Of a stretch of DNA of 64,000 nt, positions 54,566 to 64,000 are shown piece by piece. Location of the stretch: NCBI GenBank assembly GCA_964016885.1, contig OZ024765.1, forward strand, positions 13,268,001 to 13,332,000, written 5' to 3'. A model generated the notes under the pieces. The model was not told where the DNA came from, did no database searches, and saw only the letters and a program-made list of their open reading frames with translations. The DNA comes from Eledone cirrhosa (lineage: Eukaryota). The position numbers and the translations under genes are program-made. How positions within the stretch are numbered: the stretch's first letter is position 1; each line of letters opens with the position of its first letter.

Positions 54566-54921
54566 AAAAGTGTGTAGGGGAGTGGTGGAGAGACATGTAG
54601 CAAAAAGGGGGTGGGAGGAAACGGTGCTAATGAAAATAATAAAAACATGATCAAAATAAAATTAAAATGGGGTAAAACAGGTGGTGGAAGGGTGTGGGGT
54701 GTGTAGGGGTGGTGGCGAGTGGAGTGGGGAGAGGGTGTCCGAGCAGGGCGGGCTGAAGGTGGTGTGTGTGTGTAGGTGAGTGTGCGTGTGTGTATGAAAG
54801 CAAGGGTTGGGGGAAGAACGGGGTTGCATGTTCAGGAAGAGGTGTGTGTGGGGTGGGGTGGGGTGTAGGTCGGAATATATATATAGAAATCACATGAATC
54901 AAAGTTCTGTTCAAACCATTT

Positions 54922-54973
54922 ATTAGCTTACAATTGTTTCGTCCAAACCGAGGTTTGGAGTCTTCAGAGCAAT
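54922..54973 (-). ncRNA. Minimal type I hammerhead motif (GUA triplet, palindromic AATT loop III)
   Basis: ATTGCT-CTGAAGA-C TCCAAACC TC GGTTTGGA C-GAAAC AATT GTA-AGCTAAT. Confidence 0.65.
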
Positions 54974-55145
54974 TTTAATGTATTTTAACTTTAATTTTGT
55001 TTTAATATGATTTTAATTTTTCAATTTAAATTGCCATGCAAAAATATTACAATGGATGTCACCCCACTGTGCATCGATATATACATATGTTTCTGTATGT
55101 CTCTTGTGTTGGAAAGGAGGTCATGTATGTAAACAATCATTGCAA

Positions 55146-55199
55146 AATTGCTCCGAAGACTCCAAACCTCGGTTTGGATGAAACAATTGTAAGCTAATA
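55146..55199 (+). ncRNA. Inverted duplicate of the 54922-54973 hammerhead with mutated core (CCGAAGA)
   Basis: ATTGCT-CCGAAGA-CTCCAAACCTCGGTTTGGAT-GAAAC AATT GTA-AGCTAAT. Confidence 0.5.
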
Positions 55200-55395
55200 A
55201 ATGGTTTGAACGGAACTTTGATTCATGTGATTTCTATATAACTGCTCTGTAGAACAACTTATGTTACATTGAGCTATTTATCTTACTGGTAATAAGGTAG
55301 TAATAAATTACTGTCTTTCACTGTTTAGGGTTTAAAATATATATAACTATAAAAAGTTTTAGTATATACATAACCATAAATAGTATCCTTAATAC

Positions 55396-56037
<642 letters not shown>

Positions 56038-56615
56038 GAGAAAGACAACTAGCTGTGTTTGTATGTATATGTATTATATATATATATATTTAATTATTTA
56101 TAGAGAGAGAAGTACACACAGACAAAGACTATATTTTAGTTATAAAGTAGAATAAAGCTTGGTCTTTAATCTCCCACCCTGCCATTTTTTTAATACCCCA
56201 CACCCCACAAACCGTCTGTTCTTATTCTGGATTAATTAAATCTTAAATCTCCATTAAGCAGCTCAACTGCCAACTCATTTTTCTCTAGTGTCTGTATGTA
56301 AACACACACACACACAAGTGTAGGCTGAAGCTGAGAAGTTCAGACTGGCTATGAAGGAGTGATGCTAGAGCTGTGAAATCAAGAATATATTAATTTCAAC
56401 TTTTCAACTCTTAATAACTGCATTGTTTCTTTCCAGCTGGTACCCTTGAAATATATATAAAATAAATATGGTTTTATAAATATAGTTTCCATTTATTTAA
56501 TATCATTGTATATATATATATATGTGTGTATGTAAAAGGTAAACAGAAACAACACAATCGGTACAGTATATGGAAGGTATATATTAGGCTAACGCTTGCT
56601 ATAGTAGGAAGAGGG

Positions 56616-56648
56616 TCTTAACGTTTCGGACGCTAGTCCATCAGAAGA
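56616..56648 (-). ncRNA. Degenerate minimal hammerhead remnant
   Basis: TCTT-CTGAT-GGAC TAGC GTCC-GAAAC GTT-AAGA. Stems I and II pair; core appears to lack about 2-3 nt. Confidence 0.4.
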
Positions 56649-57196
56649 AAGAATGAGAAATAAGATAGATTGAGGGGACGGGCTGGGTGGAATTTGAAAA
56701 CAATGTCTTTAGATAAAAATAACAGGTCCATTCATGTTGACATCTCTTGCAAAACTGTTGGTGCTGGCGTTTTGTGTACGATTTGTTTTTTAGAAAAGTG
56801 GATGATTAGGACAAACAGTTCAAAACTAGAGTACATGATACTTGGGATACTCGAGTACAGTTGTCAACTAGGCACCCCAGGGATAGGCCCCCAACCAAGA
56901 TGGTTGGATAACATCCATGAACTTGGCAGGTCACATCTGGGGATCTGTCGGTGATGATTGTTCTGACAGGAAGGACCCTCTGAGAAAGGAGTGTTTGAGG
57001 ACTCTTCCCCCCATGACCCTCTCAGAAGGATCAAAAGAAGAAGAAGAAAAGGAATTAATATCACAATTCTAAATATGTTAAAAGTACGTGTGCTGGTCGT
57101 GGAATACTCAGCCACAAGACAGTCTGCCAGAAAGGTCAGCTGACCAAACTGCTATACAAAAGACGATATAGTTACTTCATATATATACATTTTTAA

Positions 57197-57255
<59 letters not shown>

Positions 57256-57385
57256 TAACAGATTAAAGTTTAAGCAAAGAATCGCTGCTTTCACCCTTAA
57301 CGGGATCTTATATATTTGATATATATTTATCCTTATTGAGTCCTCTTTGGATTTTAGTCTTCAAATTTATTATTATTACTATATA

Positions 57386-57580
57386 GGGGCGGTGATTGGC
57401 AGTATCGGTAGAGGGTCGGACGCCATGCTTTCCAGCATAGTTACGTCCCTTTACGATCCGAGTTCAAATCCCACCGAGGTTGACTTTGCCTTTCATCCTT
57501 ACGGGGTCGATAAAATAAAGTACCCGTAATGCACTGGGTAATCGCTGGCCTTGTGCCTAAAGTAGAAACAATTATTATTA
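57386..57580 (+). mobile_element. Deu/Nin-type tRNA SINE, full length
   Basis: GGGGCGGTGATTGGCAGTATCGGTAGAG...GAGTTCAAATCCC...GCCTTTCATCCTTACGGGGTCGATAAAATAAAGTACC...(ATT)n tail. Confidence 0.85.
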
Positions 57581-57629
57581 CTATATATATATATATATAT
57601 ATATGGCCTTGTGCCAAAAGTAGGAACAA

Positions 57630-57681
<52 letters not shown>

Positions 57682-57851
57682 CACACACACACACACACAC
57701 ACACAAGACTCATGTACATATATTTGTCTGCATATATATACACTTATACAGACATATATATACATACATACATACATATACAGACAGACATATATACACA
57801 CATACATATATACTTAGACATACATATACACATATATACAAACATACATAG

Positions 57852-57902
<51 letters not shown>

Positions 57903-58045
57903 GTTGAACAACTTAACATTGAACTGAAGCAAGATTATCACCCTCCCCCCATCATTTACTAATTGAACTACTGCTACACCTGTTGTAATTAGACAAGTAA
58001 TCTACTTCTTATGTCTGACTAATTAACTCCAGTATTATATATGAC

Positions 58046-58047
<2 letters not shown>

Positions 58048-58131
<84 letters not shown>

Positions 58132-58445
58132 CAGAGAGAGAAAGACAGAAAGTGAGAGAAAGAGAAGAGAAGAAAGAAAGGGGCAGAGAAAGTGAAAGAA
58201 AGGGACAGAAAGTGAGAGAAAGAAAGGGACAGAGAAAGTGAGAGAAAGAAAGGGACAGAAAGTGAGAGAAAGAAAGGGACAGAAAGTGAGAAAGAAAGGG
58301 ACAGAAAGTGAGAGAAAGAAAGAAAGAGAAACAGAAAGAAAGAGAAACAGAAAGAGAAACAGAAAGAAAAAGAATGAGAGAAAGAGAGAGAGAGAGAGAG
58401 AGCGATAAAGAAAGAGACAGAAAGAGTGTGAGAGAGAGAGAGAGG
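58048..58445. repeat. (GA)n and GA-rich polypurine tract
   Basis: Direct inspection. Confidence 0.92.
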
Positions 58446-58636
58446 GGGTGAGAGTTGAGCAGGCAATTAGTGAGAAGGTTGTTAGTTCAAACATTTTTTC
58501 ATCTTCATCTCTTCTTCGTCATTCATTAGAAATATAGTAACGAAGGAGTTAGGTCAAGATGACAGTTCGTTAGGATGTCAGGTAGAATAGTTTGTAGTCG
58601 CCTCTCGTTAGCGCCCTTGTGGCAAATAATTAAACA

Positions 58637-61600
58637 TATCTATCTAGCTAGCCGTGTATATATCTATCTAGCTGGCCGTGTATATATCTATCTAGCTGGC
58701 TGTGTATATATCTATCTAGCTAGCTGTGTATATATCTATCTAGCTGGCTGTGTATATACCTATCTAGCTGGCTGTGTATATACCTATCTAGCTGGCTGTG
58801 TATATACCTATCTAGCTGTGTATATACCTATCTAGCTGTGTATATACCTATCTAGCTGTGTATATGCCTATCTAGCTGTGTATATGCCTATCTAGCTGTG
58901 TATATATCTATCTAGTTGCCTGTGTATATATCTATCTAGTTGGCTGTGTATATATCTATCTAGCTGGCTGTGTATATATCTATCTAGCTGGCTGTGTATA
59001 TATCTATCTAGCTGGCTGTGTATATATCTATCTAGCTGGCTGTGTATATATCTATCTAGCTGGCTGTGTATATATCTATCTAGCTGGCTGTGTATATATA
59101 TCTATCTAGCTGGCTGTGTATATATCTATCTAGCTGGCTGTGTATATATCTATCTAGCTGGCTGTGTATATATCTATCTAGTTGGCCGTGTATATATATC
59201 TATCTAGCTGGCCGTGTATATATCTATCTAACTAGCTGTGTATATATCTATCTAGTTGGCTGTGTATATATCTATCTAGTTGGCTGTGTATATATCTATC
59301 TAGCTGGCTGTGTATATATATCTATCTAGCTGGCTGTGTATATATATCTATCTAGCTGGCTGTGTATATATATCTATCTAGCTGGCTGTGTATATATATC
59401 TATCTAGCTGGCTGTGTATATATATCTATCTAGTTGCCTGTGTATATATATCTATCTAGCTGCCTGTGTATATATATATCTAGTTGCCTGTGTATATATC
59501 TATCTAGCTGGCTGTGTATATATATCTATCTAGCTGGCTGTGTATATATATCTATCTAGCTGGCTGTGTATATATATCTATCTAGCTGGCTGTGTATATA
59601 TCTATTATCTATCTAGCTGGCTGTGTATATATCTATCTAGCTGGCTGTGTATATACCTATCTAGCTGTGTATATACCTATCTAGCTAGCTGTGTATATAC
59701 CTATCTAGCTGTGTATATACCTATCTAGCTAGCTGTGTATATACCTATCTAGCTAGCTGTGTATATATCTATCTAGTTGGCTGTGTATATATCTATCTAG
59801 TTGGCTGTGTATATATCTATCTAGCTGGCTGTGTATATATCTATCTAGCTGGCTGTGTATATATCTATCTAGCTGGCTGTGTATATATCTATCTAGCTGG
59901 CTGTGTATATATCTATCTAGCTAGCTGTGTATATATCTATCTAGCTAGCTGTGTATATATCTATCTAGCTGGCTGTGTATATATCTATCTAGCTGGCTGT
60001 GTATATATCTATCTAGTTGGCTGTGTATATATCTATTATCTATCTAGCTGGCTGTGTATATATCTATCTAGCTGGCTGTGTATATATCTATCTAGCTGGC
60101 TGTGTATATATCTATCTAGCTGGCTGTGTATATATCTATCTAGCTGGCTGTGTATATATCTATCTAGCTGGCTGTGTATATATCTATCTAGTTGGCTGTG
60201 TATATATCTATCTAGCTGGCTGTGTATGTCGAACAACTGCTGTCAAGGGTGGGACCGATCCGGTTGACCACCGAGTCTATTGTAATGATCAAGCCGCCTC
60301 CCCCCTTCAAAGATGAAGCAGAGGCGGTGTTTCTGTGCGTAATAGCCATGGCGAAAGAGGTTGTATGGTGGACGCGTCTGAAAGGACTGAGGTCAGGCAC
60401 CTTTCTCTCTGGCCAACAACTGGTCCGTTTCTTCCGATATCATTTCGGAAGAAGGATCAGGATGGAGAGAGAGGTGCTGCACCCCAGTCGTTTTTATGAA
60501 AGGTGGGTGAAAGTGGCGAGAATGGCCCGTGTGAATGGGCCTTCTCTTTACATAAGCCTGTAGGTGGAAAAGAGGAAGGAACGAGGGAGCACCCCCTCTC
60601 TGTGCTCCTGAGGAAAAGGGTTGCACACTTTTTTCGGGGGTGTGTGCGACTCCCCAAGGCGCCTCCTCTCTATTGAGGATTTTGTTAAAAATTTTATTTT
60701 TTGTTATATCTTATTTTATTTTTATATTTTGTTATTGCCTCCTCCTTATTGAGGACGCCTTTTTGTGTAAACTCCCCCCTTTGTACTTGTCCCACTTTTG
60801 ATGCCCTAGTGGCAAATAAAAGAAACTTATATATCTATCTAGCTGGCTGTGTATATATATCTATTTAGCTGGCTGTGTATATATCTATCTAGCTGGCTGT
60901 GTATATATCTATCTAGCTGGCTGTGTATATATCTATCTAGTTGCCTGTGTATATATCTATCTAGCTGGCTGTGTATATATCTATCTAGCTGGCTGTGTAT
61001 ATATATCTATCTAGCTGGCTGTGTATATATATCTATCTAGCTGGCTGTGTATATATATCTATCTAGCTGGCTGTGTATATATATCTATCTAGCTGGCTGT
61101 GTATATATCTATTATCTATCTAGCTGGCTGTGTATATATCTATTATCTATCTAGTTGCCTGTGTATATATCTATCTAGCTGGCTGTGTATATATCTATCT
61201 AGCTGGCTGTGTATATATCTATCTAGCTGGCTGTGTATATATCTATCTAGCTGGCTGTGTATATATCTATCTAGTTGGCTGTGTATATATCTATCTAGCT
61301 GCCTGTGTATATATATCTATCTAGCTGGCTGTGTATATATATCTATCTAGCTGGCTGTGTATATATCTATCTAGCTGGCTGTGTATATATCTATCTAGCT
61401 GGCTGTGTATATATCTATCTAGTTGGCTGTGTATATATCTATCTCGCTGGCAGTGTATATATCTATCTCGCTGGCAGTGTATATACCTATCTAGCTGTGT
61501 ATATACCTATCTAGCTAGCTGTGTATATATCTATCTAGCTGGCTGTGTATATATCTATCTAGCTGGCTGTGTATATATCTATCTAGCTGGCTGTGTATAT

Positions 61601-61750
61601 ATCTATCTAGCTGGCTGTGTATATATCTATCTAGCTGGCTGTGTATATATCTATCTAGCTGGTTGTGTATATATCTATCTAGCTGGTTGTGTATATACCT
61701 ATCTAGCTGGTTGTGTATATACCTATCTAGCTGGCTGTGTATATATCTAT
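58637..61750. repeat. 22-24-bp satellite (TATCTATCTAGCTGGCTGTGTATA) interrupted by a Tx1-like insertion
   Basis: Over 100 units on both sides of 60230-60826. Confidence 0.95.
60228..60826 (+). mobile_element. 5'-truncated L1/Tx1-like non-LTR retrotransposon 3' end
   Basis: Open frame to TAG at 60563 (...AMAKEVVWWTRLK...FYERWVK...; AK..(I/V)W..R resembles the Tx1 ORF2 C-terminus), T-rich 3'UTR, AATAAA at 60815. Related 3' ends at 62278-62569 and 58611-58636. Confidence 0.6.
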
Positions 61751-62012
61751 CCATCCACCAGTCTATGCTCGTCTATTCGTTCATTAGAACATAGCGTAGA
61801 ATGGTTTGCCGTAGCCTCTCGTTAGAACGCTATCTAGCTGGCTGTCTATCTGTATCTATCTATCTATCTATCTATTCGTTCATTAGAACATGGCATAGAA
61901 TGGTCTGGAGTCACTTCTCGTTAGAAATATAGTAACAAAGGAGTTAGGTCAAGACGACAGATCTTTAGAACATAGCATAGAATGGTTTGTAGTAGCCTCT
62001 CATTAGAACACT

Positions 62013-62260
62013 ATCATCATCATTTCATTTTACGTCCGTTTTTTTCTCTGATTGCAAGGGTGGGATGGGAACCGATTCTGGCTTGATTTCTACAGCTGGA
62101 TGCCCCAGTCCCTATCATCTCATTTCTACAGCTGAGTAAACTGGAGCAATATGTGAAATAAAGTGTCTTGCTCAAGGAAACAACACATCACCTGGTCTAA
62201 GAATTGAACTCACCTTTCGATTGCAAGGCCAATGCTCTAACCACTAAGACATGTGCCTCC
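62013..62260 (-). mobile_element. CORE-type tRNA SINE with RTE tail, internally deleted
   Basis: Same family as 24797; deletion joins GGATGCCC to CAGTCCCTATC. Confidence 0.8.
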
Positions 62261-62277
62261 ATATCTATCTATCTATT

Positions 62278-62569
62278 TGGTGAATGCAGCAAAAATGGCC
62301 CGAGTGATTGGGCCTTCTCTATATAAACCTGTAGGTTGAAGTAGAGGGCAAAAGGAAGAAAGGAGCACTTGCACAACACACTCCTGAAGTTGAGGGTTGT
62401 TCTATCTACGGGGTATTAAACAACCCATTTGTGGCGCTTCCCCTCTATTGAGGATTTCGATTGTTAAATTTGTCTGTTTCAATATTTTTACACGATTGTA
62501 TGTAAAATCCCCAGCATGTGTCCTTGTATTGTCCCCTTTTCTTATGTGCTCTTGTGGTAAATAAAGAAA
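62278..62569 (+). mobile_element. Second Tx1-like 3' end (diverged)
   Basis: TGGTGAATGCAGCAAAAATGGCCCGAGTGATTGGGCCTTCTCT...CCTGTAG matches 60505-60563; ends GTGGTAAATAAAGAAA. Confidence 0.65.
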
Positions 62570-62571
62570 TA

Positions 62572-62970
62572 TATCTACCAATCTCTCCAGCCGCCTGCCT
62601 ATCTACCAATCTCTCCAGCCGCCTGCCTATCTACCAATCTCTCTAGCCACCTATCTACCAATCTCTCCAGCCGCCTGCCTATCTACCAATCTCTCTAGCC
62701 ACCTATCTACCAATCTCTCCAGCCGCCTGCCTATCTACCAATCTCTCCAGCCGCCTGCCTATCTACCAATCTCTCCAGCCGCCTGCCTATCTACCAATCT
62801 CTCTAGCCACCTATCTACCAATCTCTCCAGCCGCCTGCCTATCTACCAATCTCTCCAGCCACCTGCCTATCTACCAATCTCTCTAGCCACCTGTCTACCA
62901 ATCTCTCTAGCCGCCTGTCTACCAATCTCTCTAGCCACCTGTCTACCAATCTCTCTAGCCGCCTGCCTGT
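62572..62970. repeat. 24-28-bp tandem repeat (ATCTACCAATCTCTCCAGCCGCCTGCCT)
   Basis: About 15 units. Confidence 0.92.
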
Positions 62971-63125
62971 CAATCTATTTATCAATCTATTCGTTCATTA
63001 GAACATTGCATAAAATAGTTTGTAGTAACTCCTCGTTAGAAATATGGTAACAGTTTAAGTCAGGATGACAGACAGTTTGTTAGAATATTGCATAGAATGG
63101 GTTGTAGTATTCGGTTATTAGGACA

Positions 63126-63234
63126 CTAGCTGACGTACCCAGCTTCGTCCGGGTAAACAGATAAGAGAAGACAGGTAGAAGAGAAAATGACTGTATTGGA
63201 TGTTTGTCTGGTTTACAGTATGAGGCGAGACCAT

Positions 63235-63299
<65 letters not shown>

Positions 63300-63382
63300 C
63301 AAGAAAAAAAAAAAAAAAATTCTTCCAGATACACCAGATTTTTCGTTTTACTGTTCATACTTAGTATATGAATATTTCTAGA
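63126..63382 (-). mobile_element. Non-autonomous Helitron with internal (GT)n
   Basis: Minus strand A|TCTAGAAATA... ending TACCCGG ACGAAG CTGGGTA hairpin, CGTCAG CTAG|T. Confidence 0.6.
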
Positions 63383-64000
63383 TGTTTCCACCTACATATA
63401 ACTGTCCATGGGTAAAAAGTGATTCTCTTGTATTCAATTCTACAACTTTGAAACTCTGAACCTGAGTTTTATTTATGGTCATAGCAAAACTGGTTTAACA
63501 GGGAACTTGCATAGAATAGTTTGGGTATTCGTTCATTAGAAATATGGTAAAGAACGGTTTAGGTTGCAGGTGACAAATCAATAGAAAATTGCATAGAAAT
63601 GGTTAGTAGTAACCTTTTGTTAGAAATATGGTAACAAACGGTTTAGGTCGCAGAGGACAGTTATGACAAATGTCAGATAGAAGGCTTTGAAGTATTTATT
63701 CTGGTTCCCTAATCCTGCTAAGGTCAACTTTGCCGTTTATCTTGGTGAGGTTGATAATAAAAAAAGTAGCAGTCAAGTACTGAGGTCGATTCTTCTGCTA
63801 TATCATTGTTTCCCAAAGGGGGGGGGACTATGAGATTGTGTAGATTCTACACAATCTCATAGATGTCTTTATTCTTATTGGCAAAATCACATTCTTTTTA
63901 CATCTATGTTACTAATGATTAACTAACATCATCACCATCATTGTTTAATGTCCACTTTCTCTGCTAGTAAGGTTTGGATGTGTCATCACAGACTGATGGT

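Noticed and set aside
56660-57170. Possible decayed GIY-YIG coding remnant upstream of the 56616 hammerhead on the minus strand
   Set aside because: No clear GIY/YIG motif readable by eye; needs a translated HMM search.

Overview
Eukaryotic, very AT-rich and repeat-dense genomic DNA. The SINE, RTE and microsatellite content looks like an octopod cephalopod (inference only). One protein-coding gene can be reconstructed by hand on the minus strand. It has 7 coding exons (30944-30765, 29790-29619, 27882-27757, 26620-26459, 25984-25823, 24250-23981, 23098-22944) with all introns GT-AG and phase-consistent. It encodes a 408-aa RDH11-14-like short-chain dehydrogenase/reductase with a long Glu/Lys-rich C-terminal tail. 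A candidate TATA promoter with a dense cluster of Otx/Crx-type (K50) homeodomain sites and a short non-coding first exon lies about 3 kb upstream. The rest is (TA)n-derived satellites, tRNA-derived SINEs (CORE-type and Deu/Nin-type), RTE, CR1 and Tx1-like LINE fragments, piggyBac-, hAT- and pogo-type MITEs, non-autonomous Helitrons and one 200-N gap. Most notable: (1) about nine dispersed type-I hammerhead-ribozyme motifs, intact to decayed, in short Penelope-like remnants, including a family with a non-canonical CAGAAGA core; (2) a ~3.4-kb inversion (36052-39462) shown by swapped target-site duplications between two inverted hAT MITEs; (3) tandem duplications that copy exon-3, -4 and -6 splice donors, two of them in frame; (4) a SINE whose tail is a mosaic of two RTE families; (5) Tx1-like 3' ends tied to ATCT-based satellites. 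Most ORFs in the supplied track are microsatellite artefacts.
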